A stretch of DNA of 61,049 bases. It comes from an uncultured Oscillibacter sp. (GTDB lineage: Bacteria; Bacillota; Clostridia; Oscillospirales; Oscillospiraceae). Under the pieces are notes generated by a model. The model did not search any database and was not told the origin of the DNA. It worked only from the letters and a program-made list of their open reading frames with translations. Location of the stretch: the NCBI GenBank assembly GCA_946183175.1, contig CAMHBH010000001.1, positions 1 to 61,049 on the forward strand, read 5' to 3'. Both the position numbers and the translations under genes were made by a program. Positions 30,933 to 41,493 of the stretch are shown piece after piece (the stretch's first letter is position 1; each line of letters starts with the position of its first letter).

Positions 30933-31250
30933 ATGGCGGCTGTATGGCGTATCGCCGTTATCGGCGACTGGGAATCTGTCATGGGCTTCCAGGCCCTCGG
31001 ACTGGATACCTATCCCGTCACGTCCCCGGAGGAGGCGCGGGAGAAAATCCGCGACCTCGCCAAGTCCGACTGCGCCGTGATTTACCTGACGGAACGTCTG
31101 GCGGTGGCTCTGCCCGATGTCATCTCCCGCTACAAGGACGAACTCCGCCCCGCAATCATCCTGATTCCGGGTCGTGAGGGTTCTCTGGGCATCGGCAAGG
31201 AGAACATTCAGCGGGCTATCGAACGCGCGGTCGGCGCGGATATCCTCTAA
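30933..31250 (+). CDS. V/A-type ATPase subunit F
   Basis: [22 protein letters not shown]. Confidence 0.92.
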   Translation: MAAVWRIAVIGDWESVMGFQALGLDTYPVTSPEEAREKIRDLAKSDCAVIYLTERLAVALPDVISRYKDELRPAIILIPGREGSLGIGKENIQRAIERAVGADIL

Positions 31251-31281
31251 TCCCCGACGTATTGAAAGAAGGTTTTTCATA

Positions 31282-33054
31282 TTGAGCGGTAAAGTTGTAA
31301 AAGTATCCGGGCCGCTGGTCGTCGCGACGGGTCTCGCTGACGCGAATATGTCCGACGTGGTGCGCGTCGGCCCCCAGCGCCTGATTGGCGAAATCCTGAC
31401 CATGAAGGGCGACACCGCCTCCATTCAGGTCTACGAGGAGACTTCCGGCCTCGGCCCCGGGGCGGAAGTCGTCACGACGGGCGCGCCCATGAGCGTAGAA
31501 CTCGCCCCCGGCATGATTGAGGGCATTTACGACGGAATCCAGCGCCCGTTAGAGCGCATTGTCGAGAAAGTCGGCGCGTGTATCACCAGAGGCGTCGAAG
31601 TCCCCGCCGTCGACCGCGAGAAGAAGTGGGACTTTAAAGCAGTCGTCAAGCCCGGTACAAAGGTCATCGGCGGCGACGTTATCGGCACCGTACAGGAGAC
31701 GCCCGTCGTACTGCACAAAATCATGGTTCCGCCGAACCTCAAAGGCACCATCAAGAGTATCCAAAGTGGCTCCTTCAACGTCACGGAGACGGTAGCCGTG
31801 CTCAAAAAGGACGACGGCGACGAAATCCCGCTGACCATGACGCAGAAATGGCCCGTGCGCGTGGGGCGTCCCTACACGACCAAGTACCCGCCGAAGCGCC
31901 CGCTCTGCTCCGGACAGCGTATCATCGACACCCTGTTCCCGATTGCCAAGGGCGGCACGGCGGCGGTACCGGGCCCATTCGGCTCCGGCAAGACCGTCGT
32001 ACAGCACCAGCTCGCGAAGTGGTCTGACGTGGACATCGTGATTTACATCGGCTGCGGCGAGCGCGGGAACGAAATGACCGACGTGCTCCGCGAGTTCCCG
32101 GAACTCAAAGACCCCCGCACCGGCGAAAGCCTGATGAAACGTACTGTCCTGATTGCGAATACCTCCGACATGCCCGTCGCGGCCCGCGAGGCCTCCGTGT
32201 ACACCGGAATCACGATTGCCGAGTATTTCCGCGACATGGGCTATGACGTGGCGGTAATCGCCGATTCCACGTCCCGCTGGGCCGAGGCTTTGCGCGAAAT
32301 GTCGGGCCGTCTGGAGGAAATGCCCGGCGAGGAAGGCTACCCGGCCTATCTGGCGTCGCGTCTGGCGCAGTTCTACGAGCGCGCCGGGAGCGTGGAGTGT
32401 CTCGGCTCCGACGAGCGGCGCGGCAGTCTGACGGCGGTCGGCGCGGTGTCGCCCCCGGGCGGCGACCTCTCGGAACCCGTCTCACAGGCTACTATGCGTA
32501 TCGTCAAAGTCTTCTGGGCGCTCGATTCCTCCCTTGCGTACCGCCGCCACTTCCCCGCCATTAACTGGCTCAACTCCTACTCTCTCTATCTGGATTCCCT
32601 GAAACCGTGGTTCGACGAGAATTTCGGCGAGGCGTTCATGCAGAACCGCGCCAAGGCGATGAGTATCTTGCAGAACGAGGCGAGCTTGAATGAAATCGTG
32701 CAGTTGGTCGGCAAGGATTCGCTGTCGCCCAACGACCAGTTGACGCTTGAAACCGCCCGCATGGTGCGCGAGGACTTCTTACAGCAGAACGCCTTCACGG
32801 ACATCGACGGCTACTCCAGCTACGACAGGCAGGAGCAGTTATTAGCCATGGTTCTGGAATACGACAAGCTCTGCCGCGCCGCGATTGCCAAGGGCGCGAA
32901 CGTGATGAAGCTGTTCGCCATTCCGGTACGCGAGACCATCGGGCGCGCCAAGAGCGTACCCGCCGACCAGTACAAGGAGGCCTACGCCCAAATGCGGGCC
33001 GATATGGCACAGCAAATCGACGAAATCGCCGCGCAGGGAGGTGACAACGCGTGA
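31282..33054 (+). CDS. ntpA: V/A-type ATPase catalytic subunit A
   Basis: TTG start; [31 protein letters not shown]. Confidence 0.96.
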   Translation: MSGKVVKVSGPLVVATGLADANMSDVVRVGPQRLIGEILTMKGDTASIQVYEETSGLGPGAEVVTTGAPMSVELAPGMIEGIYDGIQRPLERIVEKVGACITRGVEVPAVDREKKWDFKAVVKPGTKVIGGDVIGTVQETPVVLHKIMVPPNLKGTIKSIQSGSFNVTETVAVLKKDDGDEIPLTMTQKWPVRVGRPYTTKYPPKRPLCSGQRIIDTLFPIAKGGTAAVPGPFGSGKTVVQHQLAKWSDVDIVIYIGCGERGNEMTDVLREFPELKDPRTGESLMKRTVLIANTSDMPVAAREASVYTGITIAEYFRDMGYDVAVIADSTSRWAEALREMSGRLEEMPGEEGYPAYLASRLAQFYERAGSVECLGSDERRGSLTAVGAVSPPGGDLSEPVSQATMRIVKVFWALDSSLAYRRHFPAINWLNSYSLYLDSLKPWFDENFGEAFMQNRAKAMSILQNEASLNEIVQLVGKDSLSPNDQLTLETARMVREDFLQQNAFTDIDGYSSYDRQEQLLAMVLEYDKLCRAAIAKGANVMKLFAIPVRETIGRAKSVPADQYKEAYAQMRADMAQQIDEIAAQGGDNA

Positions 33055-34430
33055 TTCGGGAATATAAAACTGTAGAGGAAGTCGTCAGCCCCCTGATGAT
33101 GGTCCGCATGGTCGAGAACGTCACGTATGACGAACTGGTAGAAGTCGAACTGCATGACGGCTCCATCCGGCGCGGGAAGGTGCTGGAAGTCAACGGCGAC
33201 ACCGCCGTCGTACAGCTCTTCGAGAGCGCCGCCGGAATCAACCTCGCCAACGCGAAAGTGCGCTTCCTGGGCCACCCGCTGGAACTGGGCGTATCGGGCG
33301 ACATGCTCGGGCGCGTCTTCAACGGCATGGGCCAGCCCATCGACGGCGGCCCCGACATCCTCCCGGAGGAGTACCGCGACATCAACGGCCTGCCCATGAA
33401 CCCCGCCGCCCGCGACTACCCCAACGAGTTTATTCAGACGGGCGTCTCGACCATCGACGGCCTGAATACGCTCGTCCGCGGACAGAAATTGCCCATTTTC
33501 TCCGGCTCCGGCCTCCCGCACGCCAACCTCGCCGCGCAGATTGCCCGGCAGGCGAAAGTATTGGGCGACGAGGGCTCCAATTTCGCCGTCGTATTCGCGG
33601 CCATCGGTATCACGTTCGAGGAATCCGAATTTTTCGTGAGCGAGTTCCGCCGCACGGGCGCCATTGACAGAACGGTGCTGTTTTCCAATCTGGCCAACGA
33701 CCCCGCCGTCGAGCGTATTTCCACGCCGCGTATGGCCCTGACTGCCGCCGAGTACCTGGCGTTCGAGAAGAAAATGCACGTCCTCGTCATCATGACCGAT
33801 ATCACGAACTACGCCGAGGCCCTGCGCGAAGTCTCCGCCGCCAAGAAGGAAGTACCGGGCCGTCGCGGCTTCCCCGGCTACCTCTATACCGACCTCGCCA
33901 CCCTCTACGAGCGCGCCGGACGCCGTTTAGGCAATCCCGGCTCCATCACCATGATTCCCGTGCTCACCATGCCCGAGGACGACAAAACGCACCCCATCCC
34001 CGACCTGACCGGATACATCACCGAGGGACAGATTATCCTTTCCCGCGCGCTGTACCGTCAGGGGATTCATCCCCCGGTGGACGTGTTGCCTAGTTTGTCG
34101 CGTCTGAAAGACAAGGGCGTCGGCAAGGGCAAGACCCGCGAAGACCACGCCGGCACCATGAACCAGCTCTTTGCCGCCTACTCCACCGGCAAGGACAACA
34201 AGGAACTTATGAGCATTCTGGGCGAGGCCGCGCTGACGCCGACCGATTTGCTCTACGCCAAATTCGCGGACGAGTTCGAGCGCCGCTACGTGAACCAGGG
34301 CTACGAGGAAAACCGTTCCATTGAGGAGACGCTGAATCTCGGCTGGGAGCTGTTGAGCATTCTTCCCAAGTCCGAACTCAAGCGCGTCAAGCCCGAACTG
34401 ATTGAGCGCTACTGGCCCAAGAAGGACTGA
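33051..34430 (+). CDS. ntpB: V/A-type ATPase subunit B
   Basis: [38 protein letters not shown]. Confidence 0.96.
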   Translation: MIREYKTVEEVVSPLMMVRMVENVTYDELVEVELHDGSIRRGKVLEVNGDTAVVQLFESAAGINLANAKVRFLGHPLELGVSGDMLGRVFNGMGQPIDGGPDILPEEYRDINGLPMNPAARDYPNEFIQTGVSTIDGLNTLVRGQKLPIFSGSGLPHANLAAQIARQAKVLGDEGSNFAVVFAAIGITFEESEFFVSEFRRTGAIDRTVLFSNLANDPAVERISTPRMALTAAEYLAFEKKMHVLVIMTDITNYAEALREVSAAKKEVPGRRGFPGYLYTDLATLYERAGRRLGNPGSITMIPVLTMPEDDKTHPIPDLTGYITEGQIILSRALYRQGIHPPVDVLPSLSRLKDKGVGKGKTREDHAGTMNQLFAAYSTGKDNKELMSILGEAALTPTDLLYAKFADEFERRYVNQGYEENRSIEETLNLGWELLSILPKSELKRVKPELIERYWPKKD

Positions 34431-34443
34431 GGAGGGGGAAACC

Positions 34444-35142
34444 ATGCCGAATGTCACGGTAAGCCCTACCAGAATGGAACTCACCCGCCTGAAGGGGAAA
34501 CTCCGTACCGCGCAGCGCGGACACAAGTTACTCAAGGACAAGCGGGACGAACTCATGAAGCAGTTTCTCGACACCGTGCGGGAAGTGCGGGCCCTGCGCG
34601 CCGAAGTCGAACAGGATTTGATGGCCGTACACGCTTCTTTCACCGTGGCGTCGGCCCTGATGAGCGCGCAGGCAATCCAGCAGGCCCTCATGTACCCCAA
34701 GCAGAGCGTCGAACTGACCATGAGCACGCAGAATATCATGTCGGTGAATGTCCCGGTGTACCACTTTGAGACGAAAACGAAGTCGGACGCCGACATCTAC
34801 CCGTACGGTTTCGCGGACACCTCCGGCGAACTCGACGACGCCGTAGACGCGCTCGGGAAGGTATTCCGGAAGATGTTGAAGCTGGCGCAGATTGAGAAGG
34901 CCGCGCAGTTAATGGCGGAAGAAATCGAAAAGACCCGCCGCCGCGTCAACGCGCTGGAATACGTCATGATTCCCAACACGCAGGAGAGCATTCGCTATAT
35001 CACCATGAAGCTCGACGAGAATGACCGCGCCACCACGACGCGCCTGATGAAAGTCAAGGACATGATTTTGAAAGAGGCTATCGACGAGCGCCGGGAGCGC
35101 AACGCGGAGGCGCTGGCGGATTCCGGGAGCGTACAGGCCTGA
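34444..35142 (+). CDS. ntpD: V/A-type ATPase subunit D
   Basis: PTRMEL, RGHKLLKDKRD, TRRRVNALE. Confidence 0.96.
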   Translation: MPNVTVSPTRMELTRLKGKLRTAQRGHKLLKDKRDELMKQFLDTVREVRALRAEVEQDLMAVHASFTVASALMSAQAIQQALMYPKQSVELTMSTQNIMSVNVPVYHFETKTKSDADIYPYGFADTSGELDDAVDALGKVFRKMLKLAQIEKAAQLMAEEIEKTRRRVNALEYVMIPNTQESIRYITMKLDENDRATTTRLMKVKDMILKEAIDERRERNAEALADSGSVQA

Positions 35143-35149
35143 CACAACA

Positions 35150-35190
35150 AAACAGGCGGCGTTGTCTGGGGAATCTCCGGACAGCGCCGC
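35150..35190 (+). terminator. ATPase operon terminator hairpin with its T-tract displaced by an insertion
   Basis: GCGGCGTTGTCTGG-ggaatct-CCGGACAGCGCCGC; the expected continuation CTGTTT lies at 35961. Confidence 0.6.
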
Positions 35191-35239
35191 TTAAATGCAG
35201 AAAGTTACGAAATCCGGTGAATTTCCGTGAGGTTAGAAT

Positions 35240-35786
35240 ATGCAAAACGGTGAGATTGTGGATTTGTCGTCCGCCCCGTGGGCTATGCACGAGTTTTTCG
35301 CCGGGAGCGGCCTCGTGTCCTACGGACTGAAGGGAATGTTCAGGCCCGTATGGGCCAACGACATCAGCGCGCAGAAGGCCGCCGTATATTCCGCCAATCT
35401 CCCTTCCGGACACTTCCAGCTCGCCGATATTAAGAACATCAGCGGACAGGACTTGCCGCCCGCCCATTTGTCGTGGGCTAGCTTCCCCTGTCAGGACTTA
35501 TCCCTCGCCGGCTCCATGGGCGGCATTTACGCGCCGCGCAGTGGCCTGGTGGCCCGAAGGCGGGAGCAGTAAGCAGTATCTGGTCGTCCAGCGGGACGGG
35601 GACGTTCACGCCCGGCTTTTGACTGTCCGGGAGGCCGCGCGGCTGATGGGCGCGCCGGATTCGTTCCGGCTCCCCGGCAGTGACAACGACGGCTACCGGG
35701 CCATGGGCGACGCGGTGGCGGTACCCGTCACGCGCTTTTTGGGAGAGCGGTTTTTGTCTAAGATTGCGGAGGCGTTTTACGGCTAG
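35240..35786 (+). pseudogene. C5 cytosine DNA methyltransferase relic with large internal deletion and frameshift
   Basis: Motif I FFAGSG and motif IV FPCQDLS, then a jump at ~35551 to another frame with RLLTVREAARLMG and GDAV; ENV and QxRxR motifs absent. Confidence 0.85.
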
Positions 35787-35936
35787 TCCGGAGGAGAGAC
35801 TGAAGGCGTTCCAGGCCGAGAATCACATTTCGACAAGGGGGCCGCTTTCTTTCGTGGTTCAGTTCACGCGTCTGGCGGAGAAACGGGGATTTCCAGACGG
35901 GCGGAAAGGGGCAGATTGCCGGATTGGGCGGCGCGA
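35779..35936 (+). pseudogene. N-terminal relic of a DUF4928-like putative restriction endonuclease
   Basis: ACG in place of ATG after GGAGG; ..RGPLSFVVQFTR..GFP then frameshift to FQTGGKGQIAGLGG, as I recall for the DUF4928 N-terminus. Confidence 0.55.
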
Positions 35937-35967
35937 TTTGGATAAACCCGGACGCGCCGCCTGTTTC

Positions 35968-36195
35968 TTATGTGATGTTGACCGTATTGATTTCGTTATG
36001 ATAAAAACCTACGTTGATATCCTTATCGGCGGAGGTTTCGATTTTTTCCTGCTCCTGTGCCCACGCTGAGAGAATTTTTTCCGCCATTTTGGAAGGCGTC
36101 CATTCTCGCCGTTCTGCTTCGCGGTCAATCGCGTTTTTTGTTTCCGCCGTCATGCGAATCGTCATGACAGCGGTTTTTTTCGCCTTCTCCTTCAT
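35968..36195 (-). CDS. Ribbon-helix-helix (Arc/CopG-like) DNA-binding protein
   Basis: VMTIRM.AETK.AI..EAERREWTPSKMAEKIL; RBS AAGGAAG. Confidence 0.7.
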   Translation of the reverse strand: MKEKAKKTAVMTIRMTAETKNAIDREAERREWTPSKMAEKILSAWAQEQEKIETSADKDINVGFYHNEINTVNIT

Positions 36196-36211
36196 ACCGT
36201 ACACTTCCTTT

Positions 36212-36283
36212 GATTACATTGTAACTGAATTGTAACCTTTTTCTCCTTGACAGAATACGATTACAAGAGTTACAATGATTACA
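36212..36283. promoter_or_regulatory. Divergent promoter region with six TTACA/TGTAA boxes (candidate operator)
   Basis: Boxes at 36212, 36220, 36231, 36259, 36269, 36277 overlap TTGACA-18-TACAAT (36247-36276). Confidence 0.6.
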
Positions 36284-36363
36284 TTAGAGAACGTGGCAAA
36301 TGATGGAATAGCGCGGGGCTACGTCGCTTCATGCGTGGCCTGCAAAAGAAAGGAGACCGAAAA

Positions 36364-36714
36364 ATGACATCCAGTCAACGGAAGAAATGCGAGACAATCA
36401 TTCATAGCGCAAGCGTAGCGGCTGCCGGAGCCGCCGCAGGATTGGCGCAGATTCCGGGAGCCGATAACGCCGCAATTATACCGATTCAAGTTGCCATGAT
36501 AGTTTCTTTGGGAAAGGTATTCGGCAGGGAGTTGACAGAAAACGCCGCGACCGCTCTTCTCGGAACGGCGACAGCTTCTACTGTCGGAAGAGGTGTTTCG
36601 CAATTTCTGGTGGGATGGATTCCGGGCTTGGGAAACGCCATCAACGCAGGCACAGCCGCCAGTATAACGGAGGCGCTGGGCTGGACGATAGCCAACCGAT
36701 TTGATGACGATTGA
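36364..36714 (+). CDS. Small Ala/Gly-rich DUF697 (YcjF-like) membrane protein
   Basis: IIH.A..AA.G..QIPGAD..I.PIQ.AMI.SL..VF..IPG.G..I.A.TA..ITEALG pattern; RBS AAGGAG. Confidence 0.7.
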   Translation: MTSSQRKKCETIIHSASVAAAGAAAGLAQIPGADNAAIIPIQVAMIVSLGKVFGRELTENAATALLGTATASTVGRGVSQFLVGWIPGLGNAINAGTAASITEALGWTIANRFDDD

Positions 36715-36989
36715 TGATGTCGCTTCTCCGTGTGATTTTGGATATCCTGAACGGGCTAATACCAGAATTTTACCGGAGTTGCGCGGGACTGCATAGCATG
36801 GAATGGTACTGCCTGTGAAAAACGGGCAGTACCATCATTTTGCGTATTGGCCCCTCCGTCGTTGCGCGTACGGCGGGGAGGCTGAAAGCCGGGCTTTTTC
36901 GATTTTCCGTCGGAAGTTCCCCGTTTGAACGGGAGGGATGACAGCAGGGCCAGCGGGTGCCTTGTAAGAATCTCTTTACGCATACCTCC

Positions 36990-37017
36990 TTGACTTTCGG
37001 GCCGCTTATGGTATAAT
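36990..37017 (+). promoter_or_regulatory. Sigma-A promoter of the hybrid kinase
   Basis: TTGACT-16-TATAAT with TGn. Confidence 0.6.
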
Positions 37018-37081
37018 GCAAACTGGTTTAGTAGGAAAACGCTTCGGTATCAGTGGCGCATTTTGAGGAGGCGAATCTGTG

Positions 37082-40000
37082 ATGGACACGGAAAATCTTT
37101 CCGGGCGGAGCGCGAAACTTTTTTTGACCGTCATTGTCGGCGGCGTTGTCATCGCCGCGGCGCTTGTTCTGACGACCCTTCTGATGGGACAGAGCGCCCG
37201 CCGCGCTACGGAGGAAGCGGTTCGTATGGTCAGCGACTTCTACCTGCAGGAGCTGGCCGGACGCCGGGAACAGGTTGTGTCCTCCAATCTGAGCGACAAT
37301 ATCTCCAACATGCGCGCGGCGATTGCACTGCTGGACGGGGAGGCCTTGTCCGACGCGGAAAGTCTGCGGGCCTGGCAGGCGCGCATGAAGAGGCTGTACA
37401 ATCTGGAAAAATTCGCCTTCGTGGACGCGGACGGCCTGGTTTATACCTCTCTGGGGACGGAAAACACAATCGGCGAATACCATTTTGACTATAACGCTAT
37501 CCGCGAACCGGAGATTTCCATAAAGAATCTGGAAAGCGACAGCAAAAAGGTCGTCATCGCCATTCCGATTGACCGGATTCCCTTTCAGGGTCAGACGCTT
37601 GTGGCGTCCTTCATGGAAATCGGCATGAACCGCCTGCTGGAGGGCGTGTCGATTCAGACGAACGCCAACAACGCCACATTCTGCAATCTCTACTACGAAA
37701 ACGGGATTCCGCTGACAGGCGTGGTACTCGGCGGCCTGTCCGACGGCAGCAACCTTCTGACTTCCCTGCAAGAGGCCGAATTTACGAAACGCGGTTCCCT
37801 CGCGCAGATTGAGGACGATTTCCGGAACAGCCGGGAGGGCATGATTCGCTTTACCTATCACGGAGCCGCCGAAAACATGTATTACATCCCCGTGGCGAAC
37901 ACCAACTGGATGCTCACCTACTTGATTCGGGAAAGCGTGATAAGCGACCGGATTCAGCCGATTTCCGACGGCATTGTCGCGCGCAGTCTCGCGCAGACAA
38001 TGCTCACTATCGCGGCCCTGCTCGCGGTGTTCTCCGTTATCGTCCACCAGAGCCGCAAAGAGGCCGCCCTTACGATGGAGCGGGAAACCATAGAGGCGGA
38101 GAACCGCGTAAAGCGGCAGGAGTTGGAAACGCGCCTGGAGCTACAGAATCAGCTTCTGGAGCAGGAGCGCCAGAACGATACCATGCGTATTCTGCACGGA
38201 ATGCTCCATTCCGGGCCGTGGTTCATGGACTTCGACGAAAACGGCGTCATGACCGGCGTGACGTGGACGGAGACATTCCGTCAAATGCTCGGCTACCAAA
38301 ACCAGGAGGATTTCCCGGACAGGCTGGAATCGTGGTCCGACTTACTGCACCCCGACGACAAGGAGCGTGTCCTGCAAGAATATCACGACACCATCCGGGA
38401 TTATACCGGGCAGAAGGTTTACGATGTGCAGTACCGCCTACTGACCAAGAACCGGGGCTGGCGCTGGTTCCACGCGGTGGGACAGCTCACGCGCCGCCCC
38501 GACGGAAGCCCGATTACCTACATTGGAATCTTTGTGGACATCACGGAGCAGAAGGACATGGAACGCAGTCTCGCCGAACAGCGGGAGTCTCTGAAAAACG
38601 CGTTGGAGCAGGCGGAACAGGCCAACGCCGCGAAAACGTCCTTCCTGTCCTCCATGAGCCACGAAATCAGGACGCCCATGAACGCCATCATCGGCCTGGA
38701 CAGTATCGCGTTGAAAGACCCCGGCCTCACGGAGCGCACCAGGGAGCATTTGGAGAAAATCGGCGGGAGCGCGAAGCACCTGCTGGGGCTGATTAACGAC
38801 ATCCTGGACATGAGCCGCATTGAAAGCGGGCGCATGACCCTGAAAAACGAGGAGTTTTCGTTCCGGGAAATGCTGGAACAGATTAACACCATGATTCACG
38901 GACAGTGCCAGAGCAAGGGACTGCGCTATGACTGCCAGATTACCGGCCATGTGGACGACTACTACATCGGCGACGACATGAAGCTCAAACAGGTTCTTAT
39001 CAACATCCTGGGCAACGCCGTCAAGTTCACGCCCTCCGGCGGGGCCGTGACGTTCCTCGTGGAGCCGCAGACCCGTTTCGAGCGGAACGCCGCCATGCGC
39101 TTTGTCATAAAAGATACGGGTATCGGCATGGACAAAGCCTACCTTCCGAAAATCTTTGACGCCTTCTCCCAGGAGGACGAGAACAAGGCCAATAAATACG
39201 GCAGTACCGGACTGGGCATGGCCATCACGAAGAACATCGTGGAGATGATGAACGGCAACATCACGGTGGACAGCGAAAAGGGCGTCGGTTCGACGTTCAC
39301 CGTCACCGTCACGCTGAGGACTTCCGACAGGATAGAGCGCGGAGCCAAAGAACTCCGCCCGCAGGATATGCGCGTCCTGATTGTCGACGACGACCCCGTC
39401 GCCCGCGAACACGCGCGGCTGGTTCTGGAGGAAGTGGGAATCGCGTCCGATTCCTGCCAAAGCGGAGACGAAGCCCTCACCATGCTGGAAGTGGCGTACG
39501 CCCGGCGGGCCGCCTACAATTTGATTCTGGTCGATTTGCGCATGCCGGAGGAAAACGGCGTGGACGTGACCCGGAGAATCCGCGCGCTTTATAACGGCGA
39601 GTCCACGATTATTATCCTGACCGCCTATAACTGGGACGACATCATCGACGAGGCCATGGAGGCCGGCGTGGACAGCTTCATGTCAAAGCCGCTGTTCGCC
39701 TCGGAGGTCGTGCGGGAGTTTCACCAGGCGATTCAGCGGAAGAACCTCGGGCGCGAAGAGGTGCGCAAGGCGGATTTGAAGGGGCGTCACATTCTGCTCG
39801 CGGAAGATATGCCGATTAACGCCGAAATCATGATAGAGCTGTTGGAAATGCGGGAAATGAACGTCGACCACGCGGAAAATGGTCAAATGGCCGTCAATCT
39901 GTTCTCGCAGAGCCCGGAGAACGCCTACGACGCGATACTGATGGACGTACGAATGCCTGTCATGGACGGCCTGAGGGCAGCCGAAACGATTCGGGCGCTC

Positions 40001-40171
40001 AACCGCCCCGACGCGAAGACTGTCCCCATCATTGCCATGACGGCCAACGCGTTCGACGAAGACGTGCAGCGCTCCTTACAGGCCGGCATGAATGCCCATC
40101 TTTCAAAGCCTGTGGAGCCGGAGCGACTTTTTGAGACTTTGGAGCAGCTAATCCGCGGCGACAGGCCATAA
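37082..40171 (+). CDS. Hybrid sensor histidine kinase (extracellular sensor, PAS, HisKA, HATPase, two receivers)
   Basis: Two TM; LHPDD..YRL..WRWF PAS; SHEIRTPMN; NAVKFT; DTGIG; GTGLG-like STGLG; two REC domains. Confidence 0.93.
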   Translation: MDTENLSGRSAKLFLTVIVGGVVIAAALVLTTLLMGQSARRATEEAVRMVSDFYLQELAGRREQVVSSNLSDNISNMRAAIALLDGEALSDAESLRAWQARMKRLYNLEKFAFVDADGLVYTSLGTENTIGEYHFDYNAIREPEISIKNLESDSKKVVIAIPIDRIPFQGQTLVASFMEIGMNRLLEGVSIQTNANNATFCNLYYENGIPLTGVVLGGLSDGSNLLTSLQEAEFTKRGSLAQIEDDFRNSREGMIRFTYHGAAENMYYIPVANTNWMLTYLIRESVISDRIQPISDGIVARSLAQTMLTIAALLAVFSVIVHQSRKEAALTMERETIEAENRVKRQELETRLELQNQLLEQERQNDTMRILHGMLHSGPWFMDFDENGVMTGVTWTETFRQMLGYQNQEDFPDRLESWSDLLHPDDKERVLQEYHDTIRDYTGQKVYDVQYRLLTKNRGWRWFHAVGQLTRRPDGSPITYIGIFVDITEQKDMERSLAEQRESLKNALEQAEQANAAKTSFLSSMSHEIRTPMNAIIGLDSIALKDPGLTERTREHLEKIGGSAKHLLGLINDILDMSRIESGRMTLKNEEFSFREMLEQINTMIHGQCQSKGLRYDCQITGHVDDYYIGDDMKLKQVLINILGNAVKFTPSGGAVTFLVEPQTRFERNAAMRFVIKDTGIGMDKAYLPKIFDAFSQEDENKANKYGSTGLGMAITKNIVEMMNGNITVDSEKGVGSTFTVTVTLRTSDRIERGAKELRPQDMRVLIVDDDPVAREHARLVLEEVGIASDSCQSGDEALTMLEVAYARRAAYNLILVDLRMPEENGVDVTRRIRALYNGESTIIILTAYNWDDIIDEAMEAGVDSFMSKPLFASEVVREFHQAIQRKNLGREEVRKADLKGRHILLAEDMPINAEIMIELLEMREMNVDHAENGQMAVNLFSQSPENAYDAILMDVRMPVMDGLRAAETIRALNRPDAKTVPIIAMTANAFDEDVQRSLQAGMNAHLSKPVEPERLFETLEQLIRGDRP

Positions 40172-40180
40172 GGCACCTCG

Positions 40181-40211
40181 CCCTCCCCCGTTTGCGCGGG
40201 GGAGGGCTTTT
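40181..40211 (+). terminator. Intrinsic terminator
   Basis: GCCCTCCCCCG-tttgcg-CGGGGGAGGGCTTTT. Confidence 0.8.
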
Positions 40212-40317
40212 GCCGCCGCCTGCGCTGCCATACGTCAGCGTATTTTTGCTTGACCTGATTTCGCGGATGTGCTATTATCAGCCCGGAGATGATTCTTCCT
40301 GAACCGGAGGCGTTTTC

Positions 40318-41490
40318 ATGAAGCATATTACAATCGGCGAAATCAATAAATTCCAGTGCGTCGGCTCCGAATGTCCCTACACCTGCTGCGGAGGCGGCTG
40401 GGCCATTTCCGTGGACAAGGTGACGGACGAATATTATCAGTCTGTGGAGGGGGATTTCGGAGAGGAACTGCGAACCAAAATTTCCCGGGAACAGACACCC
40501 GCCCTGATGAAGCTGAAGCCGGATGGCCGTTGCCCGTTTCTCAACGAGGAAAACCTGTGCCGGGTCTACATAGAGCTTGGCCCGGAACACATGTGCGACA
40601 CCTGCCGGTTTTATCCGCGTATGGAACGGTCGGCGGGCGACAGGGTTCTGCACTACATGACCATCTCCTGTCCGGAAGTGGGGCGTATTTTTTTCAGCCG
40701 AAAGGCACCGCTCGAATTTCACACTGTGGAGGACGGCAACCCCCGCCTTCAATATCCCGTGTCTTCGCCCGACTGGCACTACTTCCGCCTCGCGGAAAGG
40801 GCCTTTGATGTCAATTTCGAGATTTTGCGCAACCACTCCCTGAACATCGCGCAACGGGAACGCGCGTTACTCCTCTTCAACCGCGCCCTTCAGGACGCGC
40901 TCGACGCCGAAAAGTGGGAGGACGCGGAGAAGCTGTTTACGTTTTTCGCCGCCCCCGAGAACTACCTGAGCATGACGCGCAGTCAGCTCTCCGGACACCT
41001 TCCCAGCAAAGTCCGCTTCTTCCGGGACTTGTGCGAACTCATGTTGAAACGCGAAGGCGGCTCGACCGTTTACCGGATGTTCGCGTTCAGCATTCAGTAT
41101 ATTCTCTCAGCACAGGCCGACATGGACGCGCTTTCCGAATGCCTGAAAATGCTGGACGGGGAGGAGTACCAGCGGGAAGAGGAAAACCTGCTGACGTATT
41201 TCCTCTTCCACTTCTACCTCGACGACGCCCTGCTCGACAAAAGCGCCAACCGTGACTTGTTCCGGAGACTGGTCTTTATTCTCTCGCTCTACCAGTTCTA
41301 CCGAATCTTTACCGCGATTTTTTCCAGCCAGAGAAAGGAAATCATGCCTCTGAAAGAGCGTGTGCTGACGATTGCCTTCCTCTCCCGGTATTTTGAGCAC
41401 AGTCAGGACAAGTTCCGGGAGCAGTTCAATGAGACCCTCGCGCAACACCAGTTCTACGACATGGGTTTCCTGTTCCAGTTGATTTCCTGA
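40318..41490 (+). CDS. fliB: Flagellin lysine-N-methylase (FliB family)
   Basis: FQCVGSECPYTCC.GW.I.VD, CPFL...LC, C.TC..YPR, SCPE; upstream TTGACC-17-TATTAT at 40250-40278. Confidence 0.82.
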   Translation: MKHITIGEINKFQCVGSECPYTCCGGGWAISVDKVTDEYYQSVEGDFGEELRTKISREQTPALMKLKPDGRCPFLNEENLCRVYIELGPEHMCDTCRFYPRMERSAGDRVLHYMTISCPEVGRIFFSRKAPLEFHTVEDGNPRLQYPVSSPDWHYFRLAERAFDVNFEILRNHSLNIAQRERALLLFNRALQDALDAEKWEDAEKLFTFFAAPENYLSMTRSQLSGHLPSKVRFFRDLCELMLKREGGSTVYRMFAFSIQYILSAQADMDALSECLKMLDGEEYQREEENLLTYFLFHFYLDDALLDKSANRDLFRRLVFILSLYQFYRIFTAIFSSQRKEIMPLKERVLTIAFLSRYFEHSQDKFREQFNETLAQHQFYDMGFLFQLIS

Positions 41491-41493
41491 CCG

